DNA from: a bacterium
Lineage (GTDB): Bacteria > Patescibacteriota > Minisyncoccia > Phycocordibacterales > JBBTRF01
Direction: 5' to 3'
DNA: 64,000 nt
Assembly (NCBI GenBank): GCA_037130265.1
Contig: JBAXTI010000001.1
Location: 171,086 to 235,085, forward strand
The first letter of the stretch is position 1. Each line of letters begins with the position of its first letter. The translations under genes were made by a program, and so were the position numbers. Shown here one piece after another: positions 9,232 to 19,100 of the stretch. The notes below the pieces were generated by a model, which saw only the letters and a program-made list of their open reading frames with translations, made no database searches and had not been told where the DNA came from.

Positions 9232-9786
9232 ATGTACGACTTCCTGCATTCTTTTGATCTTTCCGTGTTTGGTTTTCTGCATGGATTGGCAGGTCAGAGT
9301 GGTTGGGTCGATGGAGTGATTGTTTTTCTGGGTGAGTATTTGGCATATGTTGCGGTACTCGCCATGCTTGTGGCGGCATTTCGTGCATATAGAGCCGGAA
9401 AGCTCAGTGAAGTGCTGGTGTATGCGACGGCTGCGGTCTCCGGTTTGTTGGCACGAGTGGTGGTCGCGGGCGGGATTCGATATTTCTATCATCGCCCGCG
9501 ACCATTTGCCGCTCTCAATCTTCCACATCTTCTTACTGAGACTTCGTATGCATTTCCATCTGGTCATGCTATCTTTTTCTTTGCATTGGCGGCTGGCGTA
9601 TTTGCCACAAACAAGCGCCTCGGCACCTGGCTGTATGTTGCTGCAATACTGATTGGCATTGGCCGTATCGCCGCGGGCGTGCACTATCCTTCTGACATCT
9701 TGGGCGGTGCAGTCCTCGGCATCTTCATTGGCTATGTTGGCGTCTGGGTGTATCGAACCTATTTGTCCTCTAAATTTGTCTCGTAA
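9232..9786 (+). CDS. PAP2 family phosphatase (undecaprenyl-diphosphatase-like)
   Basis: PAP2 motifs PSGH and GVHYPSDILGG. Membrane helices. Confidence 0.7.
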   Translation: MYDFLHSFDLSVFGFLHGLAGQSGWVDGVIVFLGEYLAYVAVLAMLVAAFRAYRAGKLSEVLVYATAAVSGLLARVVVAGGIRYFYHRPRPFAALNLPHLLTETSYAFPSGHAIFFFALAAGVFATNKRLGTWLYVAAILIGIGRIAAGVHYPSDILGGAVLGIFIGYVGVWVYRTYLSSKFVS

Positions 9787-9796
9787 ATTCTAAAAC

Positions 9797-10309
9797 ATGA
9801 AACCAATCAATATCACCGTGCATGATTTGATGCAAAAGTCGTATTCATACGAGCGCGTCGTGCCGATTGGCGAGGAATTTCATCCAGAATTTAAACCTGA
9901 ATTGACTCCGAAGCAGATGCTCGAGCTCGGTGTGTTTGGTGGAAAGTACATGACTGACTGTGCGGAGGAATTTCCGGCAGATTGGTTTGCAAACGCGAAG
10001 CTCAGTCGCTACAAACACGATCCGTCTCTGAATTATTTCGGTGTGAATGCGAGCCAGCCACTTTCGGTGTGGTTGCTGAAGGGGTGGGTGGACCGAAAGC
10101 ACGATCCGAGAGGTTGGTTTCAGTGGTATTGCCGATATTATATGGGGCGGCGGCTACCTGAGGAAGATGAGCGTCAGATACGCCGTTGGAAGGCCATGAC
10201 GAGGCATTTGGCGCAAATACGGGCCCATTGTCGACCCGGAGATGCTTCTTGTCGACCACGCCAGCGTCAGGCCTTGCTCCATTGGGCGTACGACACGAGA
10301 AAGATGTAG
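9797..10309 (+). CDS. conserved hypothetical protein
   Basis: 170-aa ORF with W/Y/R-rich C-terminal region (GWFQWYCRYYMGRR). No family recognised. Confidence 0.4.
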   Translation: MKPINITVHDLMQKSYSYERVVPIGEEFHPEFKPELTPKQMLELGVFGGKYMTDCAEEFPADWFANAKLSRYKHDPSLNYFGVNASQPLSVWLLKGWVDRKHDPRGWFQWYCRYYMGRRLPEEDERQIRRWKAMTRHLAQIRAHCRPGDASCRPRQRQALLHWAYDTRKM

Positions 10310-10373
10310 TGGCGGTGGTATAATAACGCCGTTATCGGCAGGTGCGGATTTTAATCAATTTCATCAATTTTTC

Positions 10374-10811
10374 ATGGAAATCAATCACTGGATCGTGTTG
10401 GGCTGCGCGGTGTTGTCGATGGTGGTGGGAGGTCTCTGGTACGGTCCGCTTTTTGGAAAGCAGTGGATGGCGCTCATGGGTGCGACCGAAGATTGCAAGA
10501 CCGACAAAAAGGCGATGTTGAAGAAAATGGCGCCCTTGTACGCAATTCAGTTTGTCCTCGCCATCTTCCAGCTCTACGTACTTGTGTATGTGGTGACGGC
10601 CGCTGAATACACCTTTACGACTTCGAGTGTGGCAACATCGTTGTGGGTCTGGGCGGCGTTTATTATGCCAACCACGGCTGGTGCAGTGATGTGGAGCAGC
10701 AACACAAACTCTGAGAAGTGGTCGAAGTTTCTCATTCAGGCGGGGTATCAATTTGTCCTCGCGGCACTCTTTGGCGTCATCTTTGGAATGTATTATCCAG
10801 TGATTGGCTAA
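10374..10811 (+). CDS. DUF1761-like small membrane protein
   Basis: Starts MEINHWIVLGCAVLSMVVGGLWYGPLFG with hydrophobic helices. Internal ATG chosen to avoid overlap. Confidence 0.4.
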   Translation: MEINHWIVLGCAVLSMVVGGLWYGPLFGKQWMALMGATEDCKTDKKAMLKKMAPLYAIQFVLAIFQLYVLVYVVTAAEYTFTTSSVATSLWVWAAFIMPTTAGAVMWSSNTNSEKWSKFLIQAGYQFVLAALFGVIFGMYYPVIG

Positions 10812-11384
10812 TTGCGCAATCTTGTGGCAAAAAATTCAACAGTGATCTTTGGCGGGGGCTGCTTCTGGTGTACTGAGGCGGTTTTCAAGATGCTTAAAGG
10901 TGTCACTACGGTGCTTCCTGGCTACGCGGGCGGTACTGTGCAAAATCCGACATATTCGCAAATCTGCGACGGCAATACGGGCCATGCAGAGTGTGTGAAG
11001 ATCGAATATGATCCGGCGCAGGTCTCGTATCGTTCGTTGCTCACGGTCTTTTTCGGTAGTCACGATCCGACGACGCGCAATCGCCAGGGTGCCGATGTTG
11101 GAACCCAATATCGGTCGGTGATTTTCACGACGACGCCAGAACAGGCGGCTGAGGCAAAAGCATTCATTGCTGAAATCAATTCTTCGAGCAAAGAGGGGAA
11201 GGCCATTGTGACCGATGTCGAGCCACTCGCTGAGGCACCAAGCCCGTCGCAATTTTGGGTGGCGGAAAATTACCACCAGGATTACTTTGCACGCAATCCC
11301 GGCAATCCATATTGTGAACTCGTGATTAATCCAAAGCTCGAAAAAGTGACGGCACAATTCGCAGAGTTGCTGGCGGGGAAATAG
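10812..11384 (+). CDS. msrA: peptide-methionine (S)-S-oxide reductase
   Basis: GGGCFWCTEAVF MsrA active-site signature. TTG start. Confidence 0.85.
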   Translation: MRNLVAKNSTVIFGGGCFWCTEAVFKMLKGVTTVLPGYAGGTVQNPTYSQICDGNTGHAECVKIEYDPAQVSYRSLLTVFFGSHDPTTRNRQGADVGTQYRSVIFTTTPEQAAEAKAFIAEINSSSKEGKAIVTDVEPLAEAPSPSQFWVAENYHQDYFARNPGNPYCELVINPKLEKVTAQFAELLAGK

Positions 11385-11414
11385 CGGATAAAAGTTGGTA
11401 TACTTAATACATAT

Positions 11415-11831
11415 ATGAAAATAGACCCATTGAAGCCAAATATGCGAATGCCAAAAACCGAGTCTGAGTGGAAATCCAAGCTCACTCCTGAACAATACAA
11501 AGTGCTCCGCGAGAAGGGTACGGAAGCCCCCTTCAGTGGCAAGCTTTTACACGCCGACAAGGAGGGTGTGTATCGCTGCGCCGCTTGCGGCAACGCGCTG
11601 TATTCGTCGGAGGCAAAATTCGACTCTGGCACTGGCTGGCCAAGCTTCGATCAGGCGCTTCCAGGTGCGGTACGCGAAGTGTCCGACGACGCTCATGGTA
11701 TGCGTCGGGTGGAAACGGTGTGCGCCAATTGCGGTTCGCATCTCGGACATGTGTTCGATGACGGTCCGACTGCCACCGGCAAGCGCTACTGTATGAATTC
11801 GGTGTGTCTGGATTTGGAGGAGAAGAAGTAA
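11415..11831 (+). CDS. msrB: peptide-methionine (R)-S-oxide reductase
   Basis: Two CxxC pairs (CAACGNALY, CANCGSHLGHVFDDGP) typical of MsrB/SelR. Confidence 0.85.
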   Translation: MKIDPLKPNMRMPKTESEWKSKLTPEQYKVLREKGTEAPFSGKLLHADKEGVYRCAACGNALYSSEAKFDSGTGWPSFDQALPGAVREVSDDAHGMRRVETVCANCGSHLGHVFDDGPTATGKRYCMNSVCLDLEEKK

Positions 11832-11871
11832 TCGCAAACGTTTTTTATTTACATTTTTAACCCATTCAAAC

Positions 11872-12105
11872 ATGAAAAACATTATCGTATACGTAAAGAC
11901 TGGCTGTCCTTGGTGCATCGGTGTGACGAATCTGCTCAAGGAAAAAGGGGTGAAGTACGGGGAGCGAAATGTCACAGAGAACAAGGCCTTTATGGACGAA
12001 ATGGTGCAGAAGAGCGGACAGAGCAAAGCGCCAACGCTCGATATTGACGGACATATCTTAGCGGACTCGGATAAGGATCAGGTCGCTGCGTATTTGGGGT
12101 TGTAG
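11872..12105 (+). CDS. glutaredoxin-like protein (NrdH/Grx family)
   Basis: 77 aa, CPWC active site near the N-terminus. Thioredoxin-fold length. Confidence 0.6.
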   Translation: MKNIIVYVKTGCPWCIGVTNLLKEKGVKYGERNVTENKAFMDEMVQKSGQSKAPTLDIDGHILADSDKDQVAAYLGL

Positions 12106-12131
12106 TTTATTTTCTTATTAACAGTAAGGAC

Positions 12132-13007
12132 GTGTTTAGAAATGAAACTCCACAGTTAAATGATGAGGCGTCTCTCGTTGAGAGGGCTAAGGCAAGTATA
12201 CTTTCTGATGCTCAGTATTCGGAAACCGATTTCGCAAAGTCTGAAAAAGAGCGGGTCTATAAATATGAAGTAATTGGAGGAGGGAAAAGTGTGCTCTACT
12301 TTGGTACCGATCATATTAGTGATCCACAAGACCCGCTTTTCGAAGAGATAGAGAGTGAGATTCGTGATTATGCTCCTGAAATGTTGATGGTTGAGGGGAT
12401 GGGGGCAATTAATTCTCGCAAGGAATCAATCAAGCCGAGGATCGCCTCACTGTCATACGAGGAGGCGAAAAAACAAGGTGAATCCACCCTTGTTCTAAAA
12501 TTGGCCGTTGAATTGGATGTCGACTTCGAGTCGCCTGAACCGGACTTGTCTGAGGAGGTTGCGTATGTGGAAAAAAGTGGTTTTTCTCGCGCAGACATTT
12601 TTTCGTACTACATTTACCGTATTGTTGAACAGTACCAACGTGAGAATAAAGATAGAAACCTCGAAGATTTTAAGAAGTACGTGAACCCTTTTTTAAAGGA
12701 ACTGTTAAACGAAAGTGCTTGGAGTGCAGATGAGTTTGCTGGATATGAAAATGCCTTCTTCGCTGAATTACGACTAGAGGATCACGAATGGTATTTTAAT
12801 CGAGTCCATCCACTTCCAGATGAAGGGGGAGGTTGGAAGTATGGTACTAATGCGGTTTCCAGCTGTTCTGGTAATTTTCGCGACCAGTATGCTCTGGAAA
12901 GAATTGCAGAGTCATTACAAAAGTATAACAAGGTGTTTGTTGCCTTTGGCTCTGCTCACGCTGTGAGACTGGAGCCCGCGCTGCGAGTACTTCTTGAGAA
13001 TAAATAG
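12132..13007 (+). CDS. TraB/GumN family protein (putative)
   Basis: N-terminal GTDHISDP (GTxH) and C-terminal FGSAHAV (GxxH) motifs reminiscent of GumN/TraB. Confidence 0.4.
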   Translation: MFRNETPQLNDEASLVERAKASILSDAQYSETDFAKSEKERVYKYEVIGGGKSVLYFGTDHISDPQDPLFEEIESEIRDYAPEMLMVEGMGAINSRKESIKPRIASLSYEEAKKQGESTLVLKLAVELDVDFESPEPDLSEEVAYVEKSGFSRADIFSYYIYRIVEQYQRENKDRNLEDFKKYVNPFLKELLNESAWSADEFAGYENAFFAELRLEDHEWYFNRVHPLPDEGGGWKYGTNAVSSCSGNFRDQYALERIAESLQKYNKVFVAFGSAHAVRLEPALRVLLENK

Positions 13008-13009
13008 TG

Positions 13010-14215
13010 CTACTTCGTATCCTCCAGTGCCAAGCTCCATCGCAGGCCGTAGAACATGAGAATGCCGAGTACGAGGAAGATGTAGCCGAAATCGAATCCA
13101 AAATGGGTGAGTGCGGCAAGAGTTGCGGTCGCAAGTAAAGGGCCGATAACATACGACCACGGACGCATGGTGCGGTAGAGGCTCATGAAATTGACACTTG
13201 ATCCATCGATTTTTTTGAAGAAATACGTTTCGCTGCCGATCTCCACCATCGCCGCCCCGATACGAGTGACGAACAAAATGCCAGTCCAGATCCAAAACTC
13301 TTTTTTCTCGATGAACGCAATCAGGCTTGTTGAGATCGCCATGATGATGAAGCCGATGCTGATGATCTCTTTCTCGCCCCAACGGGTATCGGCGAGTTTG
13401 CCGAGCGGTTCTTCGATGAGAACAAAGGGTATGAGCATGAGACTGAACATCACGCCGATTTCGGACCACGAAAAGCCAATGTGTTGGTGTAAGTAGAGGG
13501 GGGTGTAAATGACCATCCACGAGAAGAAAAGTTGCATGATGAAATTCACCATAAAACTGCCAAAGATGTTCTCGTCCTGCCAGACCTCGCGCACGGCCTC
13601 CTTCAAAGAGATTTCTTTGTACTGTGGGTCGCGGAAATGCCTCAAGTTGGTATTCAAAATGACCATCACTGGCAGGATCAAAAATGCCGCTGCGACGAAT
13701 ATCTGCCAATACTGACTATCGCTCAAAATGAAACCAGTCACGAGTGGCGCCACGATCCAGGCCGTATTGGCACTGGTGAGAAAAATGCCGCGCACTTTGC
13801 CGATGATGTTCTCAGACGAGTAATTCTCTAGGAAAGCGTCAATGGTGAAGTTGGTGATGGCGTTGGCGGTGAAGCTGGCGACGAAGGCGAGCAGGATCAA
13901 CCAAGTCGATTGAGCGTAAGCCATAGTCAAAAAACCGCCGAGTTGCAAGGTGAGCATGATTACCGTGGTGTGATAGTTGCCGAGCTTCTCGATGACTCGC
14001 GGGATGATAGCGAATACTGCAATGGTGGCAATCGCCGCCAGTGCGTATAGGAGTCCGACTTTTTGTTCACCAACGAACTTGCTCAGGAAGGTTGAGAAAA
14101 TGTATGCTGGCAGCACCGCTTGAAAGGTGAAAAGAAAACCAAGAATATACAATACGAATCGATGATGTGATCTGTCTTTCGCCGCATTTTCCATCGACCC
14201 ATTATATAACAACAA
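13010..14215 (-). CDS. MFS transporter
   Basis: About 12 predicted TM helices with MFS-like periodicity. Confidence 0.6.
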   Translation of the reverse strand: MLLYNGSMENAAKDRSHHRFVLYILGFLFTFQAVLPAYIFSTFLSKFVGEQKVGLLYALAAIATIAVFAIIPRVIEKLGNYHTTVIMLTLQLGGFLTMAYAQSTWLILLAFVASFTANAITNFTIDAFLENYSSENIIGKVRGIFLTSANTAWIVAPLVTGFILSDSQYWQIFVAAAFLILPVMVILNTNLRHFRDPQYKEISLKEAVREVWQDENIFGSFMVNFIMQLFFSWMVIYTPLYLHQHIGFSWSEIGVMFSLMLIPFVLIEEPLGKLADTRWGEKEIISIGFIIMAISTSLIAFIEKKEFWIWTGILFVTRIGAAMVEIGSETYFFKKIDGSSVNFMSLYRTMRPWSYVIGPLLATATLAALTHFGFDFGYIFLVLGILMFYGLRWSLALEDTK

Positions 14216-14250
14216 CGGATTTCATCCTTGTTGTTTTGCTGTGCCCTTAC

Positions 14251-16263
14251 TTAAATTCCCAAAATAACAGGAATAACAATCGGCTTCTTGGCAGTCTCCT
14301 GGAACAAGTGTCGATTCACTGCATCGGTGACATTCGCCTTCACCACATCGAAGTTGATAGGGTTCTGGCCTCGGCATGAATCTTCGATGGTGTCCTTCAC
14401 GATAAATCGCGCATCGCGGAGCAGGTCTTGAGACTCACGCAAATACACGAATCCTCGAGAGATAATGTCTGGAGACTTCTTGAGCTTTCCGGTATTCGCA
14501 TCGACAATCGCGACGATCACGAACATACCGTCGTCTGCAAGCATCTGTCGATCACGAATGACTACTTCCTGCACATCACCCACAGCGAAACCATCCACCA
14601 TTACCATGCCTGAAGGCGCCTTCTCTTTGAGTCGGACAAAGGTCTGTCCCTTCTCCTGGATTTCGAGAATACTACCGTTGTCTGGAATGATGACGTGGTT
14701 TGAAGGCATTCCAAGCTGCATTGCCAATTCAGCGTGCAGTCGAAGCATGTAGTGGTGTCCGTGTTGCGGCATGAAGAAGCGAGGCTTGACCTTCTTGTGG
14801 AGCCACTCGATCTCGCCACGATTGCCGTGTCCAGTAGAGTGAATGTAAACATCTGAGGTTCGGTAGTGGATGATTTTTGCTCCCTGGCGTGCGAGATTGT
14901 CTTTCAGCTTCTGCACCGTCTTTTCGTTTCCAGGAATAATTGAAGACGAAAGTAGTACGGTGTCTCGCGGGGTGAGCTTGAGGTTCTTGTGTGCCTTGGT
15001 TGCCATTCGCATCAATGCCGCGAATTCTTCGCCCTGTGCACCGGTAGAGAGAATAATTACTCGGTCTGGTGGATATTGGTCGACATACTGAGAGTCGATG
15101 ATAGTGTCCTTCTTCACGGTCAACAAACCGGCCAGAACGGCGATCTCCACATTGGATTTCATGCTTCGTCCTTCGACGATGATCTTCTTGTTGTATTTCT
15201 CCGCGATCTGGATGATCTTAATCATGCGCTCGAGCTGAGAAGAGAAGGTGCCGATGATGAGGCGGCCGCGAATCTCCTTGATGATCTTGTCGAGGTTCTC
15301 GTGCACGACGCGCTCCGGGGTAGAAAAGCCGGGGTTTTCGATGTTTGTAGAGTCGGCCATTAGGAAGAGCGTCTTCTCTTTGTCGAACAACGCATATTCC
15401 TTCTCTTCCGCTTCGGTCGGCATGCCGTCGGTGTGGTCGAGCTTGTAGTCGCCTGGGGTGACGAGGTTGCCGTACGGTGTCTCGATGATGATACCCATCG
15501 AGTCTGGAATAGTGTGGGTCACGGCAAAGAAGCGAACCGCGAGGTCGTTGAATTTAATACGATCAGCTTTCTCGATGATCTTGATATCAAGCGGCGGCAT
15601 GTGAGGGAACTCACTGTGGCGCTTCTTGAGCATAATCGCTGTGAGGTTTCGAGTGTAGATTGGTGGGTTGCCAATTCGATCCATGATGAACGGAACACCT
15701 CCGATGTGGTCGAGGTGGCCGTGGGTGATGATGACTGCGCGGATCTTGTCTTTTCGATCCTCAAGATACTTGGTGTTCGGGAGAATATAGTCGATACCTG
15801 GAGTACTTTCTTCTTTGAATTGGAAACCGATATCAATCACGACAATGTCGCGGCCGAATTCGATCATCGTACAGTTCTTGCCAATTTCCTCCACACCACC
15901 CAATGGGATGATGCGAATGTTGTCGCCAATCGGTGGAATAATGTCATCTGGTCGCTTTGGTGCAATGCGAGGCTCGCCGCGGAACTTTCGGTCGCGGAGC
16001 GATGCCTTCGGCTTGCGCTTCACTGGTGGGTGGATGGGAAGCGGGGCACTTTGCGCGCCTGCACCACCATGTCCGCCTGATGAGCTGTGTCCACCACCTC
16101 GTGGGCCTGAAAGGCCGCCATGACCCCCCGAGCGAGGTCCGCGAGCGTGCTGGCTTCGTACGACAGGTACGTGGCTGCTGGTGTGGTATGAGCGCTTTTC
16201 GGTGGCTGCCGATGTTGGCACTGGTGCCGCGGCGTCTGCTGGTTTCGGTGTTTGGTCGTTCAT
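14251..16263 (-). CDS. rnj: ribonuclease J with long Gly/His/Ser-rich N-terminal extension
   Basis: ITHGHLDHIGG metallo-beta-lactamase motif, beta-CASP/RNase J architecture. Start placed at internal ATG (MNDQTPKP) to avoid overlap with the upstream SBP gene. Confidence 0.75.
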   Translation of the reverse strand: MNDQTPKPADAAAPVPTSAATEKRSYHTSSHVPVVRSQHARGPRSGGHGGLSGPRGGGHSSSGGHGGAGAQSAPLPIHPPVKRKPKASLRDRKFRGEPRIAPKRPDDIIPPIGDNIRIIPLGGVEEIGKNCTMIEFGRDIVVIDIGFQFKEESTPGIDYILPNTKYLEDRKDKIRAVIITHGHLDHIGGVPFIMDRIGNPPIYTRNLTAIMLKKRHSEFPHMPPLDIKIIEKADRIKFNDLAVRFFAVTHTIPDSMGIIIETPYGNLVTPGDYKLDHTDGMPTEAEEKEYALFDKEKTLFLMADSTNIENPGFSTPERVVHENLDKIIKEIRGRLIIGTFSSQLERMIKIIQIAEKYNKKIIVEGRSMKSNVEIAVLAGLLTVKKDTIIDSQYVDQYPPDRVIILSTGAQGEEFAALMRMATKAHKNLKLTPRDTVLLSSSIIPGNEKTVQKLKDNLARQGAKIIHYRTSDVYIHSTGHGNRGEIEWLHKKVKPRFFMPQHGHHYMLRLHAELAMQLGMPSNHVIIPDNGSILEIQEKGQTFVRLKEKAPSGMVMVDGFAVGDVQEVVIRDRQMLADDGMFVIVAIVDANTGKLKKSPDIISRGFVYLRESQDLLRDARFIVKDTIEDSCRGQNPINFDVVKANVTDAVNRHLFQETAKKPIVIPVILGI

Positions 16264-16315
16264 GGTGGTGTGGATTAGTTGTGGATAAGGTGGGTATTGC
16301 TTGTGGTTAAACTGT

Positions 16316-18070
16316 TCATTGCTTGTTGATAATCGAAGCTTTCTTTGTGAAAATACTGATCTTCCAGACTCGTTCGGTATTGATGAACCATCGTTCGATC
16401 TCCGAGAATCGCTCCGAAGGATCACTGGTCTTCGTGAGATTCACATTTTTCACCTTGTCGGGAAGGAGATAGAGGAACGAGGGGGAGTAGAGAAAGATGG
16501 CAGGCTGGTCTTTGGCGAGCTCCTGGGTAAATTGGACAATGAGCTTCGAACGCTTTGCAATGTCACTTTCGCTACGGGCCTGTTCGAGAAGTTTGTCGGC
16601 CTTGGTATTCGTATAAAGTGCGATGTTGACTCCTGGATCGTTGCGCTGCGATGAGTGCCAGAAGGCGTATAGGTCTAGGTTGCGTCCGACGGCTTCTCCA
16701 AACAAGACGCTTTCGTATCTGCGCGGACGGAGGACAGATTGTTTAAATTCGCCTTCCTCGATGGACTTGATCTCTACTTTTGCGCCAATCATCCCCCATT
16801 GCTTCTTGAGTAGCTGAGCGGTTTTGATAAGGTCTTCGGAGTTGGCGGTGGAAAGTGAAAAGGCGAGTGTCGATGTGGTTTTCTTCACAGTCTTCTGCAT
16901 CACGCCGTCGGAGCCCGGCTTCCAGCCGTTTTTTGCGAGGAGCTGCTTCGCTGCTTCGATGCGAGGAGAGGTCGAAGCTGTGGCTGTCGTCGAGGAGCCG
17001 ATCATGAAGTCTGAAGGGACGGGGCCGGTGAGAGAAGAGCCGTAGCCGTTGAGGACGACACGGATAATCTCATCTCGATCCACTGCCATCTCGAGAGCCG
17101 CTCGGACCTCTGTCTGGGTGAGGAGCGCGTTCTGATTTTGATTAAAAAAGACACCGAAAATGCGAGGAAGTGCGGACTGAAGGATAAAAGATCCCGTTTT
17201 TTTCACACTACCCGCTTTCTGTGGTGTGAGAGTGTTGAGTGCCTCGATCTCACCAATACCGTACCCCTCAATGGCGGCTTCTTCGGATGGATAGAATATG
17301 AAAGTAAGTTTTGAGATGAGCGGTCCGCCGAGAGCATATCCTTTGAATGGCACGAAAGAATAGCTTGTCGGCACGCCGAGATTGTTTTTGATCGCCGTGT
17401 CTATTTTGTACGGACCGGCGCCGATCGGCTGCGCATTGTACTGGCTGAAAGCAAATTGCTCAGGGTCGAGTACTTTCCAAAGATGTTTCGGTAGGACACC
17501 GAGAGTGGTGCTCTCGAGAAACGCCGCATACGGCTGCCTCAAGGTGAAGACAATCTGTTGTGGATTGAGTACGACGACGGTGACACCTTCCCAGTTTGCA
17601 CGCTTCGGACTCTTTACTGCAGGGTCAATCGCTTTTCGGATGGTGAATTCAATATCGTCAGCGGTCACTGGCTCGCCGTCGTGGAAGGTGACGTCGTCTC
17701 TCAGGGTAAAGGTATAGGTTTTTCCGTCATCAGAGACAGTGTAGCTTTTGGCCAATTCGGGAATCAGAGTACCGTCGGATTCGACTTTCATGAGGCCCGC
17801 GTAGACGAGAGAGACGATGTCTTTGTCCGCTTCTGAAATCGCAAAAAGAGGGTTGGCGAGGTGAGGAGTGCCGATCACACCCTCGGTGAGCTCGCCGCCA
17901 GCGGCCGGAACATCCACCATGAAAAGGTCGTTGGCTCTATAGAGGAGTACCAACGAGCTCACGGCAAAACATGTTGCAAACAGCCAAAACAGCACGTTCT
18001 CTAATGGAGAGAACGCCGAAACTGCCTCGTTCATTTGCTTGCTGAATGGAACCCGAAATGGTGTTTTCAA
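16316..18070 (-). CDS. ABC transporter substrate-binding protein, family 5 (oligopeptide/dipeptide type)
   Basis: N-terminal membrane anchor. Size and sequence character of SBP family 5. Exact start uncertain. Confidence 0.6.
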   Translation of the reverse strand: MKTPFRVPFSKQMNEAVSAFSPLENVLFWLFATCFAVSSLVLLYRANDLFMVDVPAAGGELTEGVIGTPHLANPLFAISEADKDIVSLVYAGLMKVESDGTLIPELAKSYTVSDDGKTYTFTLRDDVTFHDGEPVTADDIEFTIRKAIDPAVKSPKRANWEGVTVVVLNPQQIVFTLRQPYAAFLESTTLGVLPKHLWKVLDPEQFAFSQYNAQPIGAGPYKIDTAIKNNLGVPTSYSFVPFKGYALGGPLISKLTFIFYPSEEAAIEGYGIGEIEALNTLTPQKAGSVKKTGSFILQSALPRIFGVFFNQNQNALLTQTEVRAALEMAVDRDEIIRVVLNGYGSSLTGPVPSDFMIGSSTTATASTSPRIEAAKQLLAKNGWKPGSDGVMQKTVKKTTSTLAFSLSTANSEDLIKTAQLLKKQWGMIGAKVEIKSIEEGEFKQSVLRPRRYESVLFGEAVGRNLDLYAFWHSSQRNDPGVNIALYTNTKADKLLEQARSESDIAKRSKLIVQFTQELAKDQPAIFLYSPSFLYLLPDKVKNVNLTKTSDPSERFSEIERWFINTERVWKISIFTKKASIINKQ

Positions 18071-18124
18071 AAGGGTAAAGAGAAAGCTTACGCGACTCTT
18101 TGTACCGACTGCGAAGAGTGGGTA

Positions 18125-18355
18125 CTACTTGAGTGCGATAAGTGCTGATAAACCAAAGAGAATAGCTATGACAATCGTGCCATTAAACAAAAACTTCTCG
18201 AGACCACGTCGAGTGTGGAAAGAGGTGCCGAAGTTGTTGCTTTCACCGAAAGCGCCGCCAATGCCTGAACCGGTCTGCTGGAGCAGAATCGCCGCGATCA
18301 AAAGCACTGACAATACGATCTGAATGTATGGCAGGAGGGCCTTTAGCGTATCCAT
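18125..18355 (-). CDS. secG: preprotein translocase subunit SecG
   Basis: 76 aa, two TM helices, LLQQ..GSGIGGAFG motif typical of SecG. Confidence 0.7.
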   Translation of the reverse strand: MDTLKALLPYIQIVLSVLLIAAILLQQTGSGIGGAFGESNNFGTSFHTRRGLEKFLFNGTIVIAILFGLSALIALK

Positions 18356-18389
18356 TGAGGACTAGTATAGCAGATGAGTGGATTGGAGT

Positions 18390-18422
18390 CAAAAAAAGCG
18401 CCCAAACATTCGTTTGGGCGCT
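18390..18422 (-). terminator. intrinsic terminator hairpin (AGCGCCCAAAC-attc-GTTTGGGCGCT) with U-run on minus strand
   Basis: 11-bp perfect stem. A-run on plus strand gives a U-run on the minus transcript. Downstream of minus gene 18452-19021. Confidence 0.5.
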
Positions 18423-18451
18423 CACTACAAGGCTTTTCGACACCTGCTGTC

Positions 18452-19021
18452 TCAGGGCCAGTCTATCGGCAGAAGTGGTTCTTCGGGTCGAACCATGTTT
18501 CTTTTGTCGATTATCACGATCGGGTGTTTGGGGTATTGAGAAAAGACCCCAGTCAGTATTTTCCGAATCTCGTCGGTATTATCATCCCGAATTCCTTCTC
18601 CGACGGTGTAGACGAGGCTAAATGCTCCTCTGTCGATGGATGCTACCAGTAGAGGAATTCCTAAGCGTGCATCATAAATGCTTTCTTCTGAACGGTATGC
18701 ATCTTGCAAACCGATCCGTATTTGATGTCCTCGGACGCATACGATTATCCGTGGAAAGATGACGCAGTTCCAAGGATTGCGGAATCGATATCGGTGCTCC
18801 TTGGGCACCTTGCGCAGTGCACGCTCCCAAAGTTGCTCAGCTCTCCTGTCTTCTTTTCTTGCGGCTGCATCGGCAAGCTGTTGCTGTTGGCGATTTTGTG
18901 ATGCGCGGATCACAACCGACACCAAGTAGGTTGAAATGAGGATTACCGCAACTACCACCATAGGAGGGGTATCTGAGATGTTCATATTTTCAATCGGGTA
19001 ACACTGTTGCTGTGTGAGCAC
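18452..19021 (-). CDS. hypothetical membrane protein
   Basis: ORF with N-terminal TM helix and Q-rich segment. Confidence 0.35.
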   Translation of the reverse strand: MLTQQQCYPIENMNISDTPPMVVVAVILISTYLVSVVIRASQNRQQQQLADAAARKEDRRAEQLWERALRKVPKEHRYRFRNPWNCVIFPRIIVCVRGHQIRIGLQDAYRSEESIYDARLGIPLLVASIDRGAFSLVYTVGEGIRDDNTDEIRKILTGVFSQYPKHPIVIIDKRNMVRPEEPLLPIDWP

Positions 19022-19100
19022 ATACTGTATGTGCCTGCTTTTTTCACACTACCACTGACCGGATTTGATATCAAGCGTCTTTGGGGTATAATAGTCAGCT

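Noticed and set aside
16264-16425. Upstream extension of RNase J (MILRSDSRRS...)
   Set aside because: It overlaps the 3' end of the substrate-binding protein gene. ATG at 16263 gives a non-overlapping start.
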